From positions 369,648 to 433,647 of the forward strand of contig CBDCTU010000001.1 in NCBI GenBank assembly GCA_965222415.1: DNA of 64,000 bases. Reading direction: 5' to 3'. Source of the stretch: Dehalococcoidia bacterium (lineage in GTDB: Bacteria; Chloroflexota; Dehalococcoidia; Lucifugimonadales; UBA2985). The notes beneath the pieces were generated by a model. That model saw only the letters and a program-made list of their open reading frames with translations, did no database searches and had not been told where the DNA came from. Below, one piece after another: positions 54,636-64,000 of this stretch (the first letter of the stretch is position 1; the number at the start of each line of letters is the position of its first letter). The translations under genes were made by a program, and so were the position numbers.

Positions 54636-55427
54636 ATGACGAGAGTTCTGATACACGGAGTCCTGGGCAGAATGGGGCGAGAGGTGCTGAACGCCGTCTG
54701 CCGGGAGCCGGACCTGGAGCCGACCTGCGGCGTTGATAGCGGGGCCACCGAGGGCGCTATTGCCCTGCCGGACGGCTCCGGCGATATGCCCATCTCACCG
54801 GACCTGAGTGGCATCATAGACAGATGCCGGCCACAGGTGATGGTGGATTTCACCAACGCCGGAGCCGCTATGGAGGCGTCCCGCGTGGCGGCCGCCCAGG
54901 GCGTCAACCTTGTGGTCGGCACCACAGGGCTTACTGAGGACAACCTGAAGGAGTTGGATGGGCTGGCAAACGAGCACCAGATAGGGGCGTTTGTTGCCCC
55001 CAACTTCGCCTTGGGAGCGGTGCTGCTGATACATCTGGCCCGCGGCCTGGGCAAATACTTCGACTACGCCGACATCGTTGAGATGCACCACGAGACCAAG
55101 ATAGACTCGCCGTCGGGGACGGCTATGGCCCTCGCCAGAAGCCTGGGAGAGGACAGGGATAACCCATTTCACAGGCCCATCCCGGAGAGGGAGACTATCG
55201 AAGACACCCGCGGCGGAGACCTGGGGGGCGTGTCCATTCACAGCGTGCGTATGCCGGGCAGGATGGCCCACCACGAGATCATCCTGGGCACGGCGGGACA
55301 GACCCTCAGCCTCAAGCACGATACAATCAACCGCGAATGCTATATGCCCGGCGTTGTCTTGGCCGCAAGGGAAGTATCGAACTGGAAGGGACTGGTGGTG
55401 GGTCTGGATAAGTTGCTTGGACTCTAG
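54636..55427 (+). CDS. dapB: 4-hydroxy-tetrahydrodipicolinate reductase
   Basis: VLIHGVLGRMG NAD-binding motif and EMHHETKIDSPSGTA. Confidence 0.85.
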   Translation: MTRVLIHGVLGRMGREVLNAVCREPDLEPTCGVDSGATEGAIALPDGSGDMPISPDLSGIIDRCRPQVMVDFTNAGAAMEASRVAAAQGVNLVVGTTGLTEDNLKELDGLANEHQIGAFVAPNFALGAVLLIHLARGLGKYFDYADIVEMHHETKIDSPSGTAMALARSLGEDRDNPFHRPIPERETIEDTRGGDLGGVSIHSVRMPGRMAHHEIILGTAGQTLSLKHDTINRECYMPGVVLAAREVSNWKGLVVGLDKLLGL

Positions 55428-55477
55428 CGTTTAATGTATAAAGAAAGGCGTTACTTTAACAGATCAGGTGGAGGAAA

Positions 55478-56506
<1,029 letters not shown>

Positions 56507-56518
56507 GAGGTAGGTACT

Positions 56519-57421
56519 ATGGTTTCCGTGGGCAGACTGATAACGGCAATGGTTACCCCCTTCGACGAGCAGGGGCAGGTAGACTACGCCCAGGCTAAGC
56601 GCCTCGCCTCCTCCCTGCTTGAGTCCGGAAGCGACGGGCTGGTAGTCTCCGGCACCACCGGCGAGTCGCCTACCCTGACCACTGAGGAGAAGCTGAGACT
56701 TTTCAGGGAGATCAAGTCCGAGTTGGGCGACCGCGGAGCCGTGGTTGCCGGCACCGGGAACTACAGCACCGCGGAGAGCATCGAGCTGACCCAGGAGGCA
56801 GAGCGCGCGGGCGCCGACGCCTGCCTGCTTGTTGTACCCTACTACAACAAGCCCACGCAGGAGGGCCTGTACCAGCACTTCAAAGCCATCGCAGAGAGCA
56901 CGAGGCTGCCCTGCATCCTGTACAACGTGCCCAGCCGCACAATCACCAGCCTGGCCTGGGAGACCACCGTAAAGCTTGCCCAGGTGGACAACATCATCGG
57001 CGTCAAGGAGGCCAGCGGGGACCTAGACCAGATTGCCCGCATAATCTCCGGCTCGCCTGCGGACTTCCGGGTTTGGAGCGGCAACGACAACGACACATTC
57101 GGGATCATGTGCATGGGCGGATACGGCGTGGTGAGCGTGGCGTCTCACCTGGTGGGACGACAGATCAAAGGAATGATGGATCTCGTCCTTGCGGGCAAGA
57201 CGTCGGAGGCGGCTGCTGAGCACCTTCGCATGATGTCGATATTCAAGGGCCTGTTCATCGTGTCCAACCCGATTCCTGTGAAGTACAGCCTGAATCACGT
57301 AGGCTTCGCGGTGGGCAAGCCCCGGCTGCCTCTCACGGAGCCTGACGAGAAGACGGCGGAGCAGCTCCAGGCCATGCTGAAGGACTACCGGATAGACATC
57401 CCGGTGGCGGCCGGGGCTTAA
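56519..57421 (+). CDS. dapA: 4-hydroxy-tetrahydrodipicolinate synthase
   Basis: GLVVSGTTGESPTL, YNVPSRT, and GVKEASG (catalytic Lys). Confidence 0.9.
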   Translation: MVSVGRLITAMVTPFDEQGQVDYAQAKRLASSLLESGSDGLVVSGTTGESPTLTTEEKLRLFREIKSELGDRGAVVAGTGNYSTAESIELTQEAERAGADACLLVVPYYNKPTQEGLYQHFKAIAESTRLPCILYNVPSRTITSLAWETTVKLAQVDNIIGVKEASGDLDQIARIISGSPADFRVWSGNDNDTFGIMCMGGYGVVSVASHLVGRQIKGMMDLVLAGKTSEAAAEHLRMMSIFKGLFIVSNPIPVKYSLNHVGFAVGKPRLPLTEPDEKTAEQLQAMLKDYRIDIPVAAGA

Positions 57422-57536
57422 AGCCTCTACCACCACATTACCCCCGCCAACGGCTTCAGAGCAGGGCGCTTCCCTACGGAGAAGACCCTGCTCCCCATAG
57501 GCAAATGAACAGTCGAAGATTGGCTGGCAGACACCA

Positions 57537-58745
57537 ATGAGCTACCCGCACAACTCCGTAATCGTTCGCGTCCACGAGATAGCTCTCAAGGGCAAGAACC
57601 GCCCCACCTTCTTCAACCAGCTTGCGCACAACATCAAGGAGGCGCTGCACGGGCTGCCAGTGAGCCGCGTTGCCAAGCGGCACATGGGCGTTGAGATAAC
57701 CCTGCCGCCTGAAGCGCCGTGGGACGAGGTGAGCGAAAGGCTGAGCCAGGTGTTCGGCGTAGTCAAGTTCTATCGCTGCTACAAGCTGCCTCCGTCCCTG
57801 GAAGCCATCAGAGAGTTCATCACCGAGGAGATACCCAAGCTCACCTTCAACACCTTTCGCATCACGTCAAAGCGCGGGAACAAGTCCTTTGACCTGACCT
57901 CGCCCGAGCTTAATCGCGAGTTGGGCGCTCACGTCCAGCAGCTTACCGGCGCGGAGGTCAGCCTTAAGGACCCGGAGGTCAACATCTTCGTGGAGATACT
58001 GCCCAGGGAGGCCCTGGTGTACTTCCAGGAGTTCCGCGGCCCCGGTGGGCTGCCGGTGGGAGTCGGCGGTAAACTAGTTGTCCTCATGTCCGGGGGCATT
58101 GACTCGCCGGTGGCTGCGTGGCGAATGATGAAGCGCGGATGCGAGGTGACCTTCGTTCACTTTCACAGCTTTCCCCTGGTCGATGGGACCTCACGCGAGA
58201 AAGCCCGGGAGATAGTAGATCTGCTGAACAGGCACCAGTTCCGCTCAAGGCTGCTGCTGGTGCCTTTTGCGGACGTGCAGAGGGACATCATCCTCTCGGT
58301 CCCTCCCGCATACAGGGTCGTGGTATACCGTCGTTTCATGGCCAGGATAGCCCAGCGGATAGCCCGGGATCACGGCGTCAAGGCCCTGGTGACGGGCGAG
58401 AGCCTGGGGCAGGTGGGATCCCAGACCCTGGAGAACATGGTGACTGTCAGGAGTGTGCTCGACCTCCCGGTGTTCAGCCCGCTGATCGGGATGGACAAGG
58501 AGGAGATCGTAAACGAGGCGCGGAGCATCGGCACATACCCCATCTCCATCATCCCGGACGAGGATTGCTGCACCCTCTTCGTTCCCCGCCATCCCGTGAC
58601 CCACACCACCGCCGAAGAGGTGGAGCGGCTGGAGTCCGCCCTGGACATCGACGCCCTAGTGGAGACCGCCGCAGCCAATGCCGAGGTCGTGGACTTCACA
58701 ACCAAGAGTCCAACCCCAAGACCCGGCTCACTGGTCGCAGGGTAG
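57537..58745 (+). CDS. thiI: tRNA 4-thiouridine synthase ThiI (THUMP + PP-loop)
   Basis: EIALKGKNR, LMSGGIDSPVAA, and the catalytic DEDCCTLF. Confidence 0.85.
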   Translation: MSYPHNSVIVRVHEIALKGKNRPTFFNQLAHNIKEALHGLPVSRVAKRHMGVEITLPPEAPWDEVSERLSQVFGVVKFYRCYKLPPSLEAIREFITEEIPKLTFNTFRITSKRGNKSFDLTSPELNRELGAHVQQLTGAEVSLKDPEVNIFVEILPREALVYFQEFRGPGGLPVGVGGKLVVLMSGGIDSPVAAWRMMKRGCEVTFVHFHSFPLVDGTSREKAREIVDLLNRHQFRSRLLLVPFADVQRDIILSVPPAYRVVVYRRFMARIAQRIARDHGVKALVTGESLGQVGSQTLENMVTVRSVLDLPVFSPLIGMDKEEIVNEARSIGTYPISIIPDEDCCTLFVPRHPVTHTTAEEVERLESALDIDALVETAAANAEVVDFTTKSPTPRPGSLVAG

Positions 58746-58927
58746 CGACTGGGCTGGACCGAAGAGCGGGGGTATTCTTCCGTGCTCACATATCGTTAGA
58801 GCCCCCTGGCATTGCCTAATGGTGTAAACTGGTAGAGAAGGTGCAGCCTGGTATACCAGACTTAGTACCGCTTAGAGAGTACTGGGAAAGCTAAAGACTT
58901 GCTGAGAATGAAGTTGCTCAAAGGAGG

Positions 58928-59200
58928 CCTCCATTCTGTCATTCCTGCAAAAGGAGACCTTTGCAAAACTCCGGTGTATCTCCTAGAAGAGGCTGAAGAG
59001 GCTACCTTCTTCGTCATTCCCGTGAAGCTTGCCCCGTACTACGATACGTGGACGGGAATCTAAAGCCCCTCTTCCAAGGCATCGCAGCCTTGCAGACAGC
59101 GTTCTTAGATTCCTGCTTCCGCAGGAATGACGGTGAGGGCAATTCTTGCGGGATGACGCTATGGGTTATTCAAATGTCTCCGAAAGCAGGAATCTTGTGA
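58928..59200. repeat. uninterrupted paralogue of the composite REP-like repeat found split at 22.3/24.05 kb
   Basis: 58938-58986 parallels 22271-22320 and 58987-59194 parallels 24048-24240. They are contiguous here through ...tatctccTAGaagaggctg... Confidence 0.7.
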
Positions 59201-59233
59201 ACTAGCTCGAGGCTTACTAAAGGAATCTCTGCC

Positions 59234-61765
59234 ATGACCATCAAAGACCTCAAAAGCATCACCCTGCCCGTAGCGGGAATGACCTGTGCCGCCTGCGTCT
59301 CTCACGTGGGCAACGCCCTCCGAGAGGTGGACGGCGTAACCTCCGCAGAGGTCAATCTGGCAATGGAGCAGGCCACCGTTGAGTTCGATCCTGAGCAAGC
59401 CACCATCCCCGAACTCGTCGAGGCGGTTGACGACGCCGGGTACAAGGCCGGTGTGTCTCGCGTCACGCTGAACATCGGCGGAATGACATGCGCCGCCTGC
59501 GTCTCCCACGTGGGCAACGCCCTCAGAGAGGTGGACGGCGTACTCTCCGCCAGCGTCAACCTCGCCACGGAGCAGGCAACGGTCGAGTACATCTCCGGGC
59601 AGGCCTCCCTGCCCGACATGAAGGCCATGGTGAACGACGCCGGTTACACGGTGGATGGGGTCGACGACGATGGAGCCGAAGAGGGCGAGGAGCGCCTGGC
59701 CCGCACCCGTGAGGTCAGGTCACTGGCTCGCAAGGTCATCATTGCCGGCGCGGTAGGCGCTGTGATGATGGTCACCATGTACATCCCCCTTGAGACCTTG
59801 GGACTGACCTCGTTCCAGCTCAACTTCATACTCTGGACGCTGGCCACGCCGGTGCAGTTCTGGATTGGGGCGACCTTTTACCAGAGCGCCTGGGGCGCAC
59901 TGAAGCACCGCACCTCCAATATGAACACCCTCATCGCCATTGGGACCAGCGTGGCGTACGGCTACAGCACATTCCTGACCTTCTTCGAAGGATACTTCGC
60001 CGACGCGCATCTGGTCCACGCCAACAGCGCGCTCAGCCACAGCACCGGCACATACTTCGACGCCTCCACCATCGTCATCTCTCTGGTGCTGCTGGGGCGG
60101 CTGCTTGAGGCCCGCGCCAAGGGGCAGACCTCCGAGGCCATTCGCAGTCTCATGGTCCTGCAGCCGAAGACTGCCACGGTAGTGAGGGACAGCTTGGAAA
60201 TCGACGTGCCCATTGATGAGGTCGATCTTGGTGACATCCTGGTGGTGCGCCCGGGCGAGAGGATAGCCGTAGACGGCGAGGTGACGGAGGGCACATCCGC
60301 GGTAGACGAGTCCATGCTCACCGGAGAGAGTCTGCCAGTGGAGAAGAGCGTAGGCTCCCCGGTTTACGGCGCCACCATGAACAAGGTCGGGAGCTTCCAC
60401 TTCCGCGCTACAAGGATAGGCAAGGACACCGCCTTAGCCAACATCATCCGGCTGGTACAGGAAGCCCAGGGGTCGCAGGCGCCAATACAGCGCTTGGTGG
60501 ACCGGGTAGCCAGCAGATTCGTACCCGCAGTGCTGGGTATAGCCCTCATCACCTTTGTGGGATGGTTAATATGGGCCCCGGTCTCGCCGGTGGTACCCAT
60601 TGCTATTCTAAACCTCGTTGCCGTGCTGGTTATCGCATGTCCCTGCGCCCTTGGCCTGGCAACGCCAACGGCCATCGTCGTGGGCATGGGCAAGGGAGCG
60701 GAGCGCGGCATCCTGATACGCAATGCGGAGGCGCTGGAGCGGGCATACAGGCTCCAGACGGTGGTGCTGGACAAGACCGGCACCCTCACCATAGGCAAGC
60801 CTGCGGTTACCGATGTAGTATCCCTCAATATGCCTGATGACGACCTGCTTCGACTGGCGGCGTCTGCCGAGCGCGGCTCCGAGCACCCTCTGGGCAAGGC
60901 TCTGATAGAGGCGGTCAACGACAGGTCACTGCCCCTTGACGAGGACTCCGATTTCCGGGCTCTGCCGGGCCACGGCGTTGAGGCCCAAGTCAATGGCTCT
61001 ACGGTAATCCTGGGTAATCCGGCCCTGATGAAGGATATAGGCGTCTCTCTGGACAGCCTGGAGAGTCGAGGGCGCGAGCTTTCGGAGCAGGGCAAGACGC
61101 CTGTCTTTGTGGCGGTGGACGGCCACGCGGCCGGCGTAATCGCTGTGGCCGACACGCTCAGGCCGGAGTCCCTCGAGGCGGTGGAGGCGATGCACAGGCT
61201 GGGGCTGGAGGTCATCATGCTCACCGGCGACGACCGGCGCACCGCCGAAGCCATAGCCGCGCAGGTGGGCATTGACCGGGTCATCGCCGAGGTGCTGCCG
61301 GACCAGAAGGCCGATAAGATACACTCGCTTCAGGAGGAGGGCAAGACCGTGGCTATGGTGGGCGACGGCATCAACGACGCCCCGGCCCTCACAAGAGCGG
61401 ATGTCGGGATTGCCCTGGGCACCGGCACCGACGTCGCCATCGCGGCTGCCGACGTCACTCTCATGCGCGGCGACCTGCGGGGTGTGCCACAAGCCATCGC
61501 CCTGTCCAAAGCCACCACAAGGACTATATGGCAGAACCTGTTCTGGGCATTTGGCTACAACACTGTCCTGATACCCGTCGCCGCAGGCCTTTTCTTTGTG
61601 CTGTTCTTTGAAGTCTTCAACACCGGCGTTCCGGACGGCCCTCTGCGGTACATCCTGGGAGACTACGGCTTCCTCAATCCCGTCATGGCCGCGGGTGCGA
61701 TGGCGCTTAGCTCCGTCTCAGTGGTCACCAACTCGCTGCGACTGCGCAAGATCCGGCTAAATTAG
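59234..61765 (+). CDS. copA: copper-translocating P1B-type ATPase with two N-terminal HMA domains
   Basis: Two copies of [14 protein letters not shown] in TM6, [15 protein letters not shown]. Confidence 0.9.
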   Translation: MTIKDLKSITLPVAGMTCAACVSHVGNALREVDGVTSAEVNLAMEQATVEFDPEQATIPELVEAVDDAGYKAGVSRVTLNIGGMTCAACVSHVGNALREVDGVLSASVNLATEQATVEYISGQASLPDMKAMVNDAGYTVDGVDDDGAEEGEERLARTREVRSLARKVIIAGAVGAVMMVTMYIPLETLGLTSFQLNFILWTLATPVQFWIGATFYQSAWGALKHRTSNMNTLIAIGTSVAYGYSTFLTFFEGYFADAHLVHANSALSHSTGTYFDASTIVISLVLLGRLLEARAKGQTSEAIRSLMVLQPKTATVVRDSLEIDVPIDEVDLGDILVVRPGERIAVDGEVTEGTSAVDESMLTGESLPVEKSVGSPVYGATMNKVGSFHFRATRIGKDTALANIIRLVQEAQGSQAPIQRLVDRVASRFVPAVLGIALITFVGWLIWAPVSPVVPIAILNLVAVLVIACPCALGLATPTAIVVGMGKGAERGILIRNAEALERAYRLQTVVLDKTGTLTIGKPAVTDVVSLNMPDDDLLRLAASAERGSEHPLGKALIEAVNDRSLPLDEDSDFRALPGHGVEAQVNGSTVILGNPALMKDIGVSLDSLESRGRELSEQGKTPVFVAVDGHAAGVIAVADTLRPESLEAVEAMHRLGLEVIMLTGDDRRTAEAIAAQVGIDRVIAEVLPDQKADKIHSLQEEGKTVAMVGDGINDAPALTRADVGIALGTGTDVAIAAADVTLMRGDLRGVPQAIALSKATTRTIWQNLFWAFGYNTVLIPVAAGLFFVLFFEVFNTGVPDGPLRYILGDYGFLNPVMAAGAMALSSVSVVTNSLRLRKIRLN

Positions 61766-61793
61766 CCAAATCAGAGTGCGAGAGGAGAGGCAA

Positions 61794-62000
61794 ATGCTGC
61801 GTATACCATTCCTGAGCGGACGTGGCGGCGAGACCGCCATCGACCCCGTTTGCAAGATGGAGGTCAACGTCAAGAACCCAAACGGCGGCACCCACGAGCA
61901 CGAGGGGCAGACCTACTACTTCTGCGGCCCAGGCTGTCGGGTTGCCTTCTCCAAGGAGCCTGAGGCGTACCTGTCCGGCGAGAAGAGCGTAGAGATGTGA
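61794..62000 (+). CDS. YHS/TRASH-domain metal-binding protein
   Basis: IDPVCKMEV...YYFCGPGCRVAF. GAGGAGAGG RBS before the ATG at 61794. Confidence 0.7.
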   Translation: MLRIPFLSGRGGETAIDPVCKMEVNVKNPNGGTHEHEGQTYYFCGPGCRVAFSKEPEAYLSGEKSVEM

Positions 62001-62044
62001 GATGCCCGTTGCCGGGCATCGCCAAGTCCGGTTAGTTCGCTGAA

Positions 62045-62356
62045 GTGAACATAGAGCTGCTGTATTACGATGGATGCTCCCATTGGGAGACCCCCCTAGA
62101 GGAGTTGCGCGACCTGCTGGCAGGGATGAGCGTTGACGACGAGGTAAGCCTGATTGAGATAACCTCCAGGGAGGAGGCGGAGGATATGTGGTTTCCCGGA
62201 TCACCCACCATACGCATCAACGACGAGGACATCGACCCTGAAATGCCTGATTCCGGCTTCAGTCTCGAGTGCCGTATCTACGACGTGGAAGGCGAACCCT
62301 CAGAAACACCGCCAAGGGAGTGGATAGCCGCGGCCATTGAGGCGGCCGCGGGTTAG
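62045..62356 (+). CDS. small thioredoxin-fold-like protein
   Basis: LLYYDGCSHWE...FPGSPTIRIN resembles glutaredoxin-like or DUF-type small proteins seen in metal-resistance operons. GTG start. Assignment is weak. Confidence 0.4.
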   Translation: MNIELLYYDGCSHWETPLEELRDLLAGMSVDDEVSLIEITSREEAEDMWFPGSPTIRINDEDIDPEMPDSGFSLECRIYDVEGEPSETPPREWIAAAIEAAAG

Positions 62357-62473
62357 GATGTCTTAATCCACATGTAGACCACTTCCCTGCCATGCCGTAC
62401 CCAGATGCATCATTCTTCCAACCCGCTCATGGTGAGCTTGTCGAACCATATAAGCGACATCCCAAGACTACCC

Positions 62474-62535
62474 TGTTCATTCCCTTCGACGACCCCAGAG
62501 CCTGCTCCGTACTTGATACGGAAGTGAGCGGGTCA
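62474..62535. repeat. degenerate REP-like hairpin module
   Basis: cattccc...agagcctgctccgtacttgatacggaag resembles the module near 24268-24318. Confidence 0.4.
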
Positions 62536-62596
62536 AGTGATCAATGCAGCCTTGCGATTCACCACTGCGCCAGCTATCATGGATTTATAGAATCCA

Positions 62597-63064
62597 ATGA
62601 CTAGCACGCTATTTTCAATGAAGCCACGTCCCTTCTCGATCCTCGCGCCCCTGTTTCTGGCCGCGGTCATGCTCCTCGCCCCGCTCGCTGCGGGCTACGC
62701 CTGGGTGTCGGGGGGCCACGCAGGCGAGAGCCACGTTCACCGGCACCACCTCCTGGAGAAGCTGATTCCAAACTCCTATCACCACCCGGCGGAGCTCCCA
62801 CCCGCCGGGGAGGACTCGACATCCGGAGGGGTCGGTCTGGACAGCAGCGTTGTCCTGCACGGCGTCTCAGCCTTTGCGCTGCCGGCCGTAGTGGCGCCCG
62901 CATTCCTGCCCGAGCTTGTCAGTTACTTCGAGGGGGCTACGGCGGCGCTGCTCACGGCTGCGGTCGCAGCCCTGCTCCTCACACGTCACGTCATGCCGTT
63001 CTACATTCACTCCACGCGTCCTCAGACACAGCCAACCCCACTAGAGAGACCTCCCGCCGCCTAG
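62597..63064 (+). CDS. hypothetical membrane protein with His-rich segment
   Basis: N-terminal TM helix, GGHAGESHVHRHH...SYHH, and a second TM helix. Copper-cluster context. Confidence 0.4.
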   Translation: MTSTLFSMKPRPFSILAPLFLAAVMLLAPLAAGYAWVSGGHAGESHVHRHHLLEKLIPNSYHHPAELPPAGEDSTSGGVGLDSSVVLHGVSAFALPAVVAPAFLPELVSYFEGATAALLTAAVAALLLTRHVMPFYIHSTRPQTQPTPLERPPAA

Positions 63065-63134
63065 CTGGATAGCCCCATTCATCCATTCTTCTCTCTTAAC
63101 AGTGGGAGGGTTTTACCCTTCTCCGGTAAGCCAA

Positions 63135-63701
63135 ATGGGGAGTGTAGTGACGCATCTGATCAGGTCTCTCTTCATAGCCGCCTTGACGTTGCCTGCATTG
63201 GCCCTCTGGACCACCATCGACCCCTCCGTTGCGGAGGCCAACGGGCAGACGGTGTCCATCCTGGAGACCACCCAGGGCGCATACCGAGTGGATGTTCGGG
63301 TATCGCCGCCAAGTCCAAGGGTGGGCAGCCTCCACATGTCCATTGTGCTGTTGACAGCCGACGGAGGAGAGCCGGTAACGGATGCCTCCGTCAGTGTTAG
63401 AGCGGTTGGCCCTCTGCCGGACTCCGTTATGCTGGGGCCATTGGACACCTACACCACTCCCCCAACCTACAACTGGTACGACCTGAACGTGGCGCTGCTT
63501 CAGGAGGGAGAATGGGGCTTCATTGTCGACATCGCTCAGGGCGACCGGCAGACCGTGCTGGAGTTCCCTCTGAGCGTCAGCTACGCAAGGGTGAACTGGG
63601 GGGTAATCATCGTGCTGATCTCAGCCATACCCCTTCTGGTTGCCGTAGCATGGTACCTGCGACAGTCCACGGGAAGAGGACGGTCGAGACGGAGAACGTA
63701 G
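63135..63701 (+). CDS. FixH/YtkA-like Ig-fold membrane-anchored protein
   Basis: Signal/anchor, RVDVRVSPPSPRVGSLHMSIVLLTADGGEPVTDASVSV, and a C-terminal TM helix with an RRR tail. Start uncertain (63102/63135/63147). Confidence 0.45.
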   Translation: MGSVVTHLIRSLFIAALTLPALALWTTIDPSVAEANGQTVSILETTQGAYRVDVRVSPPSPRVGSLHMSIVLLTADGGEPVTDASVSVRAVGPLPDSVMLGPLDTYTTPPTYNWYDLNVALLQEGEWGFIVDIAQGDRQTVLEFPLSVSYARVNWGVIIVLISAIPLLVAVAWYLRQSTGRGRSRRRT

Positions 63702-63722
63702 ACTAAACAAGGATTTAATCTA

Positions 63723-64000
63723 ATGAATAAGTCAAAGGCTTTGCTGGCTACACTGATAGCCGCCCTGGCCCTGACCGCCCTCATCGCGGCTTGCGGCGGA
63801 GGCGAGCCGGAGGAGCTGACCTTCAACCTGGAGATCAAGAACGGCGCACTTGTAGGCGAGGATTCGACCCTGGAGGTGAAACAAGACGACAAGATAACCA
63901 TCGAGTTGACGTCTGACGAGCTTGTGAACTACCACCTGCACGGGTACGACCTGGAAGGGGACGTTGGACCCGATATGCCCGTAACCGTGGAGTTCGACGC
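63723..64000 (+). CDS. lipoprotein, partial (runs off window end)
   Basis: MNKSKALLATLIAALALTALIAACGG is a lipobox signal peptide. A cupredoxin/EfeO-like beta sequence follows. Not in the track because no stop lies within the window. Confidence 0.5.
   Translation, partial: MNKSKALLATLIAALALTALIAACGGGEPEELTFNLEIKNGALVGEDSTLEVKQDDKITIELTSDELVNYHLHGYDLEGDVGPDMPVTVEFD

Noticed and set aside
59275-59545. ~70 nt near-identical DNA repeat inside copA
   Set aside because: It is the tandem duplication of the HMA metal-binding domain ([21 protein letters not shown], twice), which is ordinary for P1B ATPases and not a mobile or regulatory repeat.

Overview
GC-rich bacterial chromosome segment. Gene content (fakA/degV, PAC2, a cbb3 oxidase without ccoP, many REP-like hairpins) suggests a Chloroflexota-like organism, but that is inference only. 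Most of the window is housekeeping: recG (partial), fakA-degV, rpmB, a cbb3 oxidase, metE-like, rimM-KH-rpsP, suhB-like, corC/CNNM, tilS, pncA/pncB-like, an Fe3+ ABC importer with a divergent dtxR-family repressor, ffh, hyuA/hyuB, rpsO-pnp, dapB-asd-dapA, thiI, and a copA-centred copper cluster. No rRNA, tRNA or CRISPR array was found. Five visibly AT-richer accessory patches interrupt this backbone. (1) 35.8-38.65 kb is a 2.7 kb island bounded by about 105 bp direct repeats. It carries a translationally coupled pair: a giant GNAT-PIN-(GNAT-like)-ASCH/PUA-like protein and a stand-alone ASCH protein. This is my best candidate for an undescribed conflict or toxin-type system. (2) 48.4-49.7 kb is a self-terminated three-gene cassette (a 2TM protein plus two paralogous Pro/Lys-rich mini-proteins) wedged between hyuA and hyuB. 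(3) 14.25-15.95 kb is a type II R-M pair between osmC and ccoN. (4) 11.0-11.7 kb is a small-protein plus retropepsin-like pair. (5) 41.9-45.2 kb is a methyltransferase/GNAT patch. Mobile DNA comprises an IS630-family element preceded head-to-tail by three identical 137 bp MITE derivatives and a nested second MITE type (22.3-24.05 kb), and an IS5-family element with CTAG duplication whose transposase is broken by a 20 nt hairpin insert (39.5-40.7 kb). mutM lies between the island and the IS5 and carries a frameshift. All identities, spacings and coordinates were worked out by eye from the sequence. No database search was run.
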